Of a stretch of DNA of 64,000 nt, positions 1-10,200 are shown piece by piece. A program made the position numbers and the translations under genes. Positions within the stretch are counted from its first letter, which is position 1; every line of letters starts with the position of its first letter. Below the pieces are notes generated by a model. That model did not search any database, was not told the origin of the DNA, and worked only from the letters and a program-made list of their open reading frames with translations. The stretch comes from Pseudomonas phage PaBG: sequence record KF147891.1, one strand, 5' to 3'.

Positions 1-8
1 GTACGCCT

Positions 9-1583
9 GTGAACCTGCAACTGACCGCGAACGTCGATGGGCGCACAGCTATCAAGCAGGTTGTTGCAATTGACACGCCCATCGTGCTGGAGAACATTCT
101 GGTACTCGGCCCGGATAACTTGCGCGAGGGCGACATCGGGAAATACACTGCCTACGCTCGTTACAGCAACGGGCGCGACGTGGAAATCCAACCTACGTGG
201 TCGATTCGTGGTGCTCCGACCTGGGCGCAAGTCGATGCCAACGGTCTGTTGTCCTTCGCTTCGCCCCAAGAAGGTATCGTGGAGCTTGTTGCCACGTACC
301 GTCTCGCGGGCCGTACATACGAACAGAGCAAGCCCATCGTGCTCATTCCGAAGTCGCGGTTGATTCAAGGCCTCATGGTGTCTGGTCCGAACACCGTGGA
401 AGAAGGCAAGCGCATCGTGCTCACGGCCACTGCCGTGTACAACGACGGCTCGGTCGAAACGGTATCTCCTCTGTGGACTGTGCAGTCTGCTGACCCGTTG
501 AACGATCCTGAGGCGATGGCCGACATCGTGTCGCCCGGTGTCTTGCAGGGCCGCACCGTGGAGAAAGACACCCGCGTGGTTGCTATTGCTCGCTACTTCA
601 AGGAGATTGCTGAGTTTGAAATCACCGTGACTCCGATGATTCGCAACTCGCCGGACAAACCTGTGTCGAGTCGCATCATTGGTCCTGCGGCGTTCTACGC
701 AGATCAGCGAGGCAGTTTCGCGCATGCCATTGTTTTCGAGGAATGTGCCGCCGAGCTGCTTGTCAGTAGCGACTGGACAATCGACGTGGACCCGAGTGTT
801 GCAACGATTGATTCGGCTGGTTACGTCTGGTCAGTCAACGGCAAGAGCGTTACTGCGACGATCACTTCTACATACACGTGCGGCACGTACACCGTCGTGG
901 ATAGTATCCTGGTGAACATCATCGGCCAGAGCGACGCACTGCGCGAGCTTGTGATCGAAGGCCCAGACACCGTGATCGGTGGACAGCTCACCTTGTATAC
1001 GGCTAGGTTGTTCCGTACTGGAGAAGTCGAGGGTGAAATCGTACAGCCGCAATTCTGGGAGATTGTTTCCCCAGACGGGCGTGCAACGATCAACGGCAGC
1101 GGTCAGGTGTACATCGTGGACTCCTCGCAGCCGTTCAGCTTCATCATCAAGGCGAAGTATCAGGAAGGTTTCGAGTCCGTTGAAGCGGTCAAAGAAATCA
1201 ACGTCATCAAAGATGCTCGCCCGATTCTCGGCATTGGTCCAATCGGTGTTCGGAACGATCCTGAAATCGCGCAGTATCTGACCACAGAGCTTCCTGGGTT
1301 GTCCAGCGGACAGCGCTTCACGCTGACTGCACCTGCTGGACAGTACATGTACTTCTGCTATCCGCAATCGCTTGGCTTGGCTACTTTCCGAGACATCGCT
1401 TCAAGTTTCGAGGGCGGTTGGGACGGAGCAAGCTGGCCTGATGATGGGACAGTAGGTGATCAGTACGGACCGATCGTCGTCCAGCGTGTCAATGAGTTAG
1501 GCGTTACTTCTACCTGGTATCTGTATCGTACCGACTTTGAAGGTATCGGCACGTTCACCTATGAAGTGACTTTCGGCAATTAA
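9..1583 (+). CDS. Ig-like (Big_2-type) repeat virion surface protein, 5' partial (frame is open to window edge)
   Basis: Recurrent ~90-aa modules with 'TWSI..A.VDANGLLSF' and 'LWTVQSAD' patterns typical of bacterial Ig-like group 2 domains. First codon in track is GTG at 9, so the ORF continues upstream. Confidence 0.6.
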   Translation: MNLQLTANVDGRTAIKQVVAIDTPIVLENILVLGPDNLREGDIGKYTAYARYSNGRDVEIQPTWSIRGAPTWAQVDANGLLSFASPQEGIVELVATYRLAGRTYEQSKPIVLIPKSRLIQGLMVSGPNTVEEGKRIVLTATAVYNDGSVETVSPLWTVQSADPLNDPEAMADIVSPGVLQGRTVEKDTRVVAIARYFKEIAEFEITVTPMIRNSPDKPVSSRIIGPAAFYADQRGSFAHAIVFEECAAELLVSSDWTIDVDPSVATIDSAGYVWSVNGKSVTATITSTYTCGTYTVVDSILVNIIGQSDALRELVIEGPDTVIGGQLTLYTARLFRTGEVEGEIVQPQFWEIVSPDGRATINGSGQVYIVDSSQPFSFIIKAKYQEGFESVEAVKEINVIKDARPILGIGPIGVRNDPEIAQYLTTELPGLSSGQRFTLTAPAGQYMYFCYPQSLGLATFRDIASSFEGGWDGASWPDDGTVGDQYGPIVVQRVNELGVTSTWYLYRTDFEGIGTFTYEVTFGN

Positions 1584-1593
1584 GGAATCCTGT

Positions 1594-1833
1594 ATGAACG
1601 AAATCAAAATGAGCACCGGCCGTAGCGTGTTGAACCCGCTGGCCCTAGCTCAACCCGCAGCAGAACAGGCAGTTGCTGGCAACGACAAGCAAGTTGCGAT
1701 TGCCGCAGTCGATAACTCCACTGACGGCGTGTGCCCCAAGTGCCGCGCCACGATGGCAACCGCCTTCATCCCGCTGGGTCAGGTGTACTACTGCTCCACT
1801 TGCCGCGTGACCACGCCCATCCCTGAGGAGTAA
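1594..1833 (+). CDS. small zinc-ribbon protein (CPKC...CSTC)
   Basis: 79 aa, two CxxC pairs. RBS AAGGAAT 7 nt upstream. Tightly packed between structural genes. Confidence 0.5.
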   Translation: MNEIKMSTGRSVLNPLALAQPAAEQAVAGNDKQVAIAAVDNSTDGVCPKCRATMATAFIPLGQVYYCSTCRVTTPIPEE

Positions 1834-1838
1834 TTGCC

Positions 1839-4157
1839 ATGGTGGCGGAAGTATTGGTATTGTCCGACGTCGGCCTTCAGGCGATCAACAACGCATCCGC
1901 AGGTGGTCAGCTTGTGGATGCGGAGTCCTTTCGTATCGGCGACAGCGCGGGCAGCCCGAACAAAACGGATGCGACCGACATCCTCGGGAACATGCTGTTT
2001 GAAGGCAACATTCACCATGTCGAGGTGTTGAACAAGAACACTGCCCGTTTCGTGTTTGAAGTTCCTGGGTATCAAGTGACTCAGGACACCGAAATCAAAG
2101 AGATGGCAGTGTTCCTGAGCTCCTTCATCTGCTTGGGTCGTGTCGTTCTGAAAGCGCCAATCACCCTGCTGGCTGGAGAGACTACGCGCTTCAACTGCTT
2201 GCTGGTAACGAATCGCTGCGACCTGACCACGATCAACGTCACCTTTGGCGACTACTCGTCCATCCCGATGACGCCGTTCGTGTATCAGCTCCAGTCGCCC
2301 GGCCTGTCAAACTTCAACGCTGTCACCGTCCTCGATGGTCAGATCAACGATGACGGTTCGACTTCGCCTGTGCTCGCCATGCGTTATGGTGGCGGCAGCT
2401 TCCAGTGGGCGTTCAGTAACCACACGCGCATCTTCTTCGGGAAGCCCACTGCTGCAACCAGCACCAGCGTGACCATCGATGGTCTCGATCTGGATGAGAA
2501 CGAAGTGGTCATCGGCCACATCGTCAACGGCAACGGCCTGGGTCAAACTCGTCGCTGGCGTGTGCAGAACGGTCGTCTTGTCGAGGCAGACAATCGTCCG
2601 ATCAACGGCCTGGATTCCAACTCGACTATCGCTGTTTGGCAGCGTAGCGCTGGTGGCGGACAAGGCGGCGGCGCTTGCAGCTACCCGCCTTCGATGAATG
2701 GCGTGCCTGCTGACTGGGTTCTCGTTCGCGGTCATGGTGCTTGCCCGCAGTGGGCTCCGCCTCGCTCTGGTGCTGGTAACACAGCCACGTTGTACTCGCC
2801 GCCAAGTCGTCTGACGATGAACACGGTGAGCTATACTGGCGACGGCACCACCGCACGCTACCCGCTGGGTGCTCTTGAGCTGGAGAACGTCAACTACGTC
2901 CATCCAGTGCTCGGCGGTGTGAGTCAGCACCGTAGCTCGTTCGACATGGCGGCCAACGAAATCGAGTTCGTGGAAAAGATCCCGATGGGTCTGCCTATCG
3001 AACTGCGCACGTACAACCGCATCCCGTCGAATGGTTCGCGCCTGATCATCAAGACGGACTTCTTCGTCGGCGATGGTGTGACGCAGCGGTTCAAGATCAG
3101 CCAGCCGATTGAGAACGCCAACTACGTCAAGCCGTATCTGCGTGGTATTTTCCAGTTCATCACCACGTACACCTACGATGCTGCAACGCAAGAAGTGGTG
3201 TTCATCGGTCCTGTGCCTGCTGGCGTGGACGTGGAGCTGCGTTCATTCCGCTCCGAAGACTTCGAGGGGTCGAGTACCCAGATCAGCACCTACACGTACA
3301 CCACGCGTGAGGACACACTGTTCCTGGAGTTGCCTATCTCTCCGCAGTCGGTTGAGTACGTCGAAATCAGCCAGAGTGGTGCGCACATTCACGCGAACCA
3401 GTACAGCCTGGTGGACAACAAGATCATCTTTGCAGGCACCATTCGCAAAGACCTGGCGCTTGAAGTCACGGTGTACGACAACAAGATCAGCCAGGGCAGC
3501 GCCAACACCAACCTCAAAGGCGTGGTCGTCGATGCTGTGCTCTCCGGCCGTAGCTTGAAGTTGCTGCGCCACGGTGACAAGCCCATCAGCTTGCCGATTC
3601 CAGCAATCTCGCTGGAAGCTGGTCCAGGTATGCGTATCAGCGGACAACATCCGTTCTATCGGATCGAGTCCACAATCGCAAACCAGATGACAGACGCCAA
3701 CGCCAACTTCAAGCACTCCGACATCCGGACGCAGAAGGACTCTTCGGAGATTCAGTTCACTCATCGGGTGAATCTGAGCACCGACGTCATGGTATCTGTC
3801 CACGCCGACTTCTCTGCGCAGCTCGGCCCTGGCTTCGTGTCCGTCGAGGGCTTGGAGATTATGGAGTACGTGGTTGGTTTCCGTACTTCCAAGTCGCGTG
3901 AACCTGAGTACGGCCGGCAGATTGCAGGCACGGGTACTGCTGGTTTCAGCTCCTTGGCGGGAGACAAGAACGAGCGCGCCTACTCCAACGCTTCGTTGAC
4001 CCAGGTGTATGACGTGATCGTTGCCAACCACGCTGCCGGTTACATCGACATCGTGGTGAAGATGCGAGTGAAGAACGCAAACGTGAGCCAGTATGGCTCG
4101 CTGCTGTCGTTGACCGTAAACATTGTCGGTACTCCGAAAATCGCAGCCAGCGAGTAA
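1839..4157 (+). CDS. large beta-rich virion structural protein (tail/baseplate-associated?), 772 aa
   Basis: GGAG RBS. Long ORF in a structural operon, beta-strand-rich composition. No catalytic motifs recognised. Confidence 0.5.
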   Translation: MVAEVLVLSDVGLQAINNASAGGQLVDAESFRIGDSAGSPNKTDATDILGNMLFEGNIHHVEVLNKNTARFVFEVPGYQVTQDTEIKEMAVFLSSFICLGRVVLKAPITLLAGETTRFNCLLVTNRCDLTTINVTFGDYSSIPMTPFVYQLQSPGLSNFNAVTVLDGQINDDGSTSPVLAMRYGGGSFQWAFSNHTRIFFGKPTAATSTSVTIDGLDLDENEVVIGHIVNGNGLGQTRRWRVQNGRLVEADNRPINGLDSNSTIAVWQRSAGGGQGGGACSYPPSMNGVPADWVLVRGHGACPQWAPPRSGAGNTATLYSPPSRLTMNTVSYTGDGTTARYPLGALELENVNYVHPVLGGVSQHRSSFDMAANEIEFVEKIPMGLPIELRTYNRIPSNGSRLIIKTDFFVGDGVTQRFKISQPIENANYVKPYLRGIFQFITTYTYDAATQEVVFIGPVPAGVDVELRSFRSEDFEGSSTQISTYTYTTREDTLFLELPISPQSVEYVEISQSGAHIHANQYSLVDNKIIFAGTIRKDLALEVTVYDNKISQGSANTNLKGVVVDAVLSGRSLKLLRHGDKPISLPIPAISLEAGPGMRISGQHPFYRIESTIANQMTDANANFKHSDIRTQKDSSEIQFTHRVNLSTDVMVSVHADFSAQLGPGFVSVEGLEIMEYVVGFRTSKSREPEYGRQIAGTGTAGFSSLAGDKNERAYSNASLTQVYDVIVANHAAGYIDIVVKMRVKNANVSQYGSLLSLTVNIVGTPKIAASE

Positions 4158-4160
4158 GTC

Positions 4161-4652
4161 ATGAACACTACGAACATGGAAAAACTCATCTGCTATGTCA
4201 ATCTTGACGGCAGTTACGGACGTGCAACTCGGTTACCCGAAGGAGCTCAGGAAGTAGGAGAAGAAGTCCTGCAGCTCCTTGAGGAGAACCCTGACCTGAT
4301 CGAAGTTCGCGTTGAGGGTGGTCTTATCCACGTCATCCCTTCGCTTATTTCCTACAAAGCGGAAGCCTGCGCTACTGTGCGTCGGGCGATCAACAAGCAA
4401 GTCCCTGGGGACGAACGCTTGAATCGCCTGATGCGTTCTACCGTGCTCGGCATTGGCTGTTTCGATGTCGAGTCCGGTTTGCTCCTTGATGAAAAGGAGA
4501 CGCGAGGCAATTTCCAAACCCTTGTGCAGTTGGACAACGACTTGCGCTACTTGGAGGCGAAATACGTCTCCAAGATCAACCAAGCGCCTGACGTGACCAC
4601 TGTGGATCATCACCTGGACGTATTCCAGAGAACTCTGCAAGGTACTGTATGA
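4161..4652 (+). CDS. hypothetical protein
   Basis: 163-aa ORF, start 4 nt after upstream stop, ATGA-type overlap with next gene. Confidence 0.5.
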   Translation: MNTTNMEKLICYVNLDGSYGRATRLPEGAQEVGEEVLQLLEENPDLIEVRVEGGLIHVIPSLISYKAEACATVRRAINKQVPGDERLNRLMRSTVLGIGCFDVESGLLLDEKETRGNFQTLVQLDNDLRYLEAKYVSKINQAPDVTTVDHHLDVFQRTLQGTV

Positions 4653-6028
4653 GCGTAAACGGTGTGTCCGACTCTCCTCTTTTGGAGAAAGCAGTCAACG
4701 GAGATCAGACAAGAGTGCCGATAGGCGCACCGGTGATTACAAACAACAAGAGCCAGATGTCGAAAAGCATCCAGCTCCTGACACCCGGTGCTGATCTCGT
4801 TACGCCTGAACTCACCCAGTTCGAGGCGTTCGGCGTGGAAGGCAAGGAGGCCTTCCGCAATGATAAAACCAAGGGCGTCGAGTTTCGTGACCGTACGTCC
4901 CCGAATGACAAGCTGATCGCGGAGTGGGCCTACGATCCTGTAGAGGGTTGTCTGGTACTGGTTCGCGTCAACAAGAAAGAAGAACGCATCTACGGGTTCC
5001 TGCGCCAAGAGTCGCTCGGTGTTGGTCCCACTGGTCCTCGCGGTAACCCTGGCAAAGACGGCCAAGACGGACGCGATGGGCGTGACGGTGCTGACGGTGA
5101 TCCTGGCTGCCCTGGCGATCCAGGTCCTCCCGGCGATGAGGGTTATCCTGGTGCTGAAGGTAATCCAGGCCTCATCGGTATTCAAGGTCCAGAGGGCTGT
5201 GAAGGTGCATCCGGCGATCGGGGTCTTGTAGGACCACAAGGTCGCCCAGGCTTCGAGGGTTCTCGTGGTCTGACGGGCCCCTCTTGCGCAGATGATCGGT
5301 TCGGCAACAAGGGCCCGCAAGGTATTGCGTTTGGCAAGGGTGTCTTGTTCGGCGCTGCGCAGCTTTCAAACCCGGAAGCTGCCATTGTTGGCTTGGACGA
5401 TGACGGCATCGACGCTGTTGCTCCTCCTGGCGGTTGGGACGGTTCTTCGACTCCACCTCCAACTTCGCAGCCGACAAACCCACCGCCACCGCCGACTGCC
5501 TCTGCTGGCATTTCTCTGTGTACGAATCACGGTAACGTCAAGAATAGTTGTGGCAATACCGTTAACGCGTGGTACTCGACATGGGCAAACTACGCGGCGC
5601 CCGGCGGTGCCAAGGGCCTGTCCACTCTGCCTATCGCTCGGCAGAACACGGCGTTCTGGCCGAACAGCATCGTCATGTGCGGCACGCTGCGTAAGAATGC
5701 GAGCTACACCTTTGAGCTGTCCACGCCAAACGGTGTCGCATCTTCTCTGTTCCTGAACTGCGCTATCGTCCTGCAGACAGATTACGTCGGCGGTACTTCC
5801 CGCAAGACCATGACCCTGACAGCAGATTCGTCGATTCGTCTGCGCTTCCTGAACAACGCCCCACGAATCCCGACGTGGTGCTCGTTGAAGATTTATGACG
5901 GTGCTACTGGTGCGTTGCTCTACAAGACAGGACAGAATGCACAGAATGCGGGCCTTTCTGGCGCAAACGCTTCCTACGTTATCGATCCTAACTGGAGAGG
6001 TAACGCTGCTGTTCAACAATACAACTAA
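4649..6028 (+). CDS. collagen-like (Gly-X-Y) fibre protein with Pro-rich linker and C-terminal globular domain
   Basis: About 60 uninterrupted G-X-Y triplets (GPTGPRGNPGKDGQDG...), then a 'STPPPTSQPTNPPPPPT' linker and a Cys-containing C-terminal domain. Confidence 0.7.
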   Translation: MSVNGVSDSPLLEKAVNGDQTRVPIGAPVITNNKSQMSKSIQLLTPGADLVTPELTQFEAFGVEGKEAFRNDKTKGVEFRDRTSPNDKLIAEWAYDPVEGCLVLVRVNKKEERIYGFLRQESLGVGPTGPRGNPGKDGQDGRDGRDGADGDPGCPGDPGPPGDEGYPGAEGNPGLIGIQGPEGCEGASGDRGLVGPQGRPGFEGSRGLTGPSCADDRFGNKGPQGIAFGKGVLFGAAQLSNPEAAIVGLDDDGIDAVAPPGGWDGSSTPPPTSQPTNPPPPPTASAGISLCTNHGNVKNSCGNTVNAWYSTWANYAAPGGAKGLSTLPIARQNTAFWPNSIVMCGTLRKNASYTFELSTPNGVASSLFLNCAIVLQTDYVGGTSRKTMTLTADSSIRLRFLNNAPRIPTWCSLKIYDGATGALLYKTGQNAQNAGLSGANASYVIDPNWRGNAAVQQYN

Positions 6029-6037
6029 GGTCGTCCC

Positions 6038-6727
6038 ATGATTGGTTTGACTCGTATTCCCACGGGCATGATCTTCGCCCCAGGCGAGGCCTCACAGACT
6101 GAGGTAGTAGTCGAAGACGATCACCTAAAAGCGGCGGAGCCTGTTGAGTCTGACATCAGTGAAATCGAGAGCGGGTTCTACGACTGGCAACTCGGCATCC
6201 TGACACTCGCCATGTACAACGGAACCGTCATCAAGATCAGCGGTTTCGCCACTGCCGGTAACATCCCTGCGGGCCCTACAGGTCCGCAAGGTCTGCCTGG
6301 TAAAGATGGTAAAGATGGACGTGATGGCAAAGACGGTGCCAAGGGTCCAGAGGGTTGCCAAGGCCCACAGGGTCCACAGGGTGCTCAAGGTGCTACAGGT
6401 CCTGATGGTCGTGATGGGCAGATGGGCCAACAAGGTCCCCGCGGCTGTCCTGGCCCAAAAGGCCCTCCTGGCGAACGTGGACCAACTGGTCCTATGGGTC
6501 CATTGGGTCCGACCGGTCCTAGAGGAGAACAAGGTGCGCAAGGTGCTCCCGGCGCTCCTGGTCCTGCGGGCACAGTGAACATCATCGTCTCTACTACTGA
6601 TCCTGGTGCAGTTGGCGCCGGTTGGCTGTGGGTTAATCCAGGTGCGACAGGTGCCCCGAGCGGTGGTTCTGGTGGCGGCGGTTCTACTACGCCTACTGAC
6701 CCTCCGATTGGGACGCCATGGCCTTAA
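6038..6727 (+). CDS. collagen-like fibre protein, 'M.GLTRIP' family
   Basis: N-terminus MIGLTRIPTGMI, about 50 G-X-Y triplets, Gly/Ser-rich tail. Confidence 0.7.
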   Translation: MIGLTRIPTGMIFAPGEASQTEVVVEDDHLKAAEPVESDISEIESGFYDWQLGILTLAMYNGTVIKISGFATAGNIPAGPTGPQGLPGKDGKDGRDGKDGAKGPEGCQGPQGPQGAQGATGPDGRDGQMGQQGPRGCPGPKGPPGERGPTGPMGPLGPTGPRGEQGAQGAPGAPGPAGTVNIIVSTTDPGAVGAGWLWVNPGATGAPSGGSGGGGSTTPTDPPIGTPWP

Positions 6728-6741
6728 GGTAAGGTGAACAC

Positions 6742-7263
6742 ATGACAGGCTTGACAAGAGTTCCTCTGAAAATGATCGGTGCCTCAGGGCAGCCCGGCGA
6801 TGACGTTCGTTTCGACGGACGCGATGTCGCTGTGGTGCCCAGCACCGAGGACACGAACGACTACGGGCTCACCAGCGGTACGTATGACTCCATCGCTGGA
6901 CGCCTGACCCTGGTGCTGCGCAACGGCGCCCGCCTCGAACTCGACGGGTTCATCACCACTGGCGATATCGGCGTAGGCCCCGCTGGTCCGACAGGCCCCG
7001 CAGGCCGCGATGGTCGCGATGGCTTGAACGGCGTAGACGGCGAGAAGGGCGCCACTGGTTGCCAAGGCCCGGCCGGTCCTCCTGGTCGTCAAGGTCCTCG
7101 CGGTGAGCAAGGCATCCCAGGCCCCACGGGCCCCACAGGCGCTACCGGCCCAACAGGCCCGGCCGGGGAAGACGGCGTTCCGCAAATCTGGATTCAAACA
7201 GAAGACCCGGTCATCAAATCCGCAGATCACATAGTCCCCGGTGCATTGTGGGTGAAGCCGTAA
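6742..7263 (+). CDS. collagen-like fibre protein, 'M.GLTRVP' family
   Basis: N-terminus [12 protein letters not shown], about 35 G-X-Y triplets. Confidence 0.7.
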   Translation: MTGLTRVPLKMIGASGQPGDDVRFDGRDVAVVPSTEDTNDYGLTSGTYDSIAGRLTLVLRNGARLELDGFITTGDIGVGPAGPTGPAGRDGRDGLNGVDGEKGATGCQGPAGPPGRQGPRGEQGIPGPTGPTGATGPTGPAGEDGVPQIWIQTEDPVIKSADHIVPGALWVKP

Positions 7264-7275
7264 TGGAGTGACAAC

Positions 7276-10200
7276 ATGAGTCGTCTACGCATTCGAGACG
7301 CTAAGAATGTCAAATGGATTGACATTTGCCAGAGCGAATGGCGTGTGCGGAACCCAGCCAACACGGGCTGGATTCGTATTACTCCGGCGCAGGGCATTAA
7401 AGCTCGACACGGTAGCGAGTATTACTGGCTCGACATTGACTGTCTTGCAGAAGAAGGGACCGAAGATTGCGGCCAAGACGAATACGGCGGCACACCTGAC
7501 GGTAAGGGTGAGAACGGCACCGGTCCGGGCAAACCCAGCACTGGAGGCGGAGACGGCTCCGGTGGAGGTGGCGATGGCGGCGGTGGAGACGGAGGCGGTA
7601 ACGGCGGAGACAATGGCTCTAACAACGGCGGCTCTGGCGATGGCGGCGGTATCGATAACGGTCCGGATAGTCCGAGCTTCAACGATGGCGACTCCGGCTC
7701 CGGTAACGGCGGTAGCGGCTGGCAAGAAGATGCTCCGTACCCACCTGGCTTCGACCTGCCTGACTCTGATGGGGACGGTGCCGGCGACAAGGGCGATTGC
7801 ATCTACCGCCCGGGTTTGAACACCTGTGAGACCAAGCAACCTATCGTTGTGCGTCCTGACATGGACTGCGGTACGAAGCGTCCCGGATCGTGGGACTGCC
7901 CGTTCGAGTGCCCGGATTCTGTTTCTGGCTCTGGCGCTGGTATTTCCGAGTTCTACATCAACATGGGCACCGCCTCGGGTAACATCAAGTTCCCGTGGAT
8001 TGCCTCCGCTGGCGCTAGCTTCGATATTTACTATCGCGGCAAGCGGGTCGCAACAACCAGCGGCCAGCGTAAAGGCACTGGCGCCTTGACCTTCGTGTTC
8101 AACCCGGTGAACAACGACCCGATGCTGTTTGTCCGCGTGCGCTCCACGTACAAGACCAACACTTGGACGTTGCAGATCAAGTGCGTTGGCGATGACGACG
8201 ATGACGGCACCATCAACAACCCGCGTCCGTGCCACGGCACCTTCGAAGTCAAGAAAGAAGGCGGGCAAGGCACCTACGAGTTCTACCATAACCTTGGGCC
8301 GACTGCTGGTCTGACGGACATCCACTATCAAATGTGGAATCAGCCAGACAAGATGGAAGTGTTCAACCATGCGGGCGTGTTGATTGCATCGACTGGTGGT
8401 TACGTTGCAGGCGAAGCTCACCTGAAATTTCAGCACACGCCTGGCGGGTCGAACATGGTGCGCGTGCGCATTACTGCGCGTGACCCAGGTACGTCTTGGA
8501 TTTACCTGATCACCTGCCCAGGTGAAGACGGTAGCGAAGATAACCCGCGTGAGTGTTCCGACACCTCAGCAGTTAAGTCTGGCGGTGCAGGCGTCACAGA
8601 TACCTTCATCGACATGGGTTCGACTGCTGGTAAAGTTGGCATCCGCTACCAGATGTGGCAGATTCCGGACAAACTGGACGTCTATCAAGAGGGTACGCTC
8701 GTTGCGACAACCGGAGGTCCTGTTACGGGAGACCACTGGCTGTACTTCGACTACGATCCGAGTCGCGGTCAGAAGATTCAGGTGCGCGTCACTGGCTCGG
8801 GCGCCACGTCGTGGTCGTTCCTGCATACGTGCCCCGGGGATGAAGACCCGAATATCAGTGTCAACTCGCCAAGCGTGCGTGAGGGTGCTGCAGGTGAGTC
8901 TCCGCAACTGTGCTGGACCATCACAATGGACAAGCCTCAGTCGCAACCAGTGACAGTGGACTACGCAACTGGCGGCGGCAACGCAAACCCGGTCGCTGCA
9001 CAAGGTCGCATCTTGGCTTCCGACCAGTTCAACAATCCGTTCATCGCCGTTGTTGATCAAGCAAACTTCGGCAAAGTTGCGTTCGATGGGGGCTTCCCCA
9101 AGTTCTACAACTCGACCTACGTTGCACCGCAGCCGCCTCCGACGGGCGCACAGGTGTTCAACACATGGTGGCGTACTGCCGGTGCTGAGTTCTACACCAG
9201 CCCGAGCGGAATTCCTAGTGGTAGTGAAGCAAACGCATGGGCGTACAGTGCTGGGTCGGGCAACATCTCGTCCACAGTGAACTCCGCGAACATCATTTCC
9301 TTCATTTCGCCCACGGCATACGATAGCTATACCTTCGAGGCTACGCTGTCTTCTTCTGCTGCGGACGACGACATGATCGGCTTGGTTGCCGCATACGCTC
9401 GCGTCGGTAGTGACAACTACCAGATCATCGCTTCTCGCCAACGCGGCGGGTTGAACGCCTTCGGTAGCAACTGGTCGCTGGCTCTGGTGAAAAACAACTC
9501 TGTCGTGAAAGTGCTGGCGTCGAACGCTGTTGGCGGGACGGGAAACTGGAACGGAACACGCACCCGCGTTCGTGTGCAGCGCGATTGTAACCAGATCAAC
9601 GTCTGGTGCTCGGCTTACGGTAGCGAGACAATCTCGGAAAGCACCTTGCTGCAGGCTGACCTGACCAGTGAAGATTTGGCAGTGTTCGGCGGTGCTGCTA
9701 CTCGCTGGGGCTTCACTGCCCAGTCGCAAGAGAACGCCACGTTCAGCAGCATCTTCGTGTCTGGTATTGGCTTGCCGCCTGCGTTTACCTACCTGAAGAA
9801 CATCGCCCTGTGGTCGCGTAAACCCGGCAACAGCAAAGCGTTGATTTTGTGCGACTCGGCTACGGTTAACCAGTACAACCTGGGCACTGCCGGAATGGCC
9901 TTCGGTGTTGGTATGCCGGAGACCCTGCGTTCTGTAGGCTTCGATGTCACTATGAGGTACCTGCCGGATATGGGGAACAAGATCACTGCCGCGGACTTGG
10001 CAGACTACGGCTTCTTGGTCGTGCTGTCTACAGATCACACCGGGGTCAACCACGCGACCGGCACCAGTGCAGCCGTCGTGGCGAACTGGGTGAAGAATGG
10101 CGGCGGTTTGTTTATCGTCACTGACCACGACGTGTTTCAAGCTACTGCGAATGCTTTGGCTGCTCCGTACAACATCGAGTTCTACGCTTCCGTCGATCGG

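Noticed and set aside
2307-6757. Multiple - strand ORFs (2307..3191, 3243..4031, 4610..5320, 5366..6019, 6125..6757) inside the left structural genes
   Set aside because: All lie inside long + strand genes with collagen or structural signatures. Several are mirror images of Gly-X-Y runs (Pro/Gly-rich).
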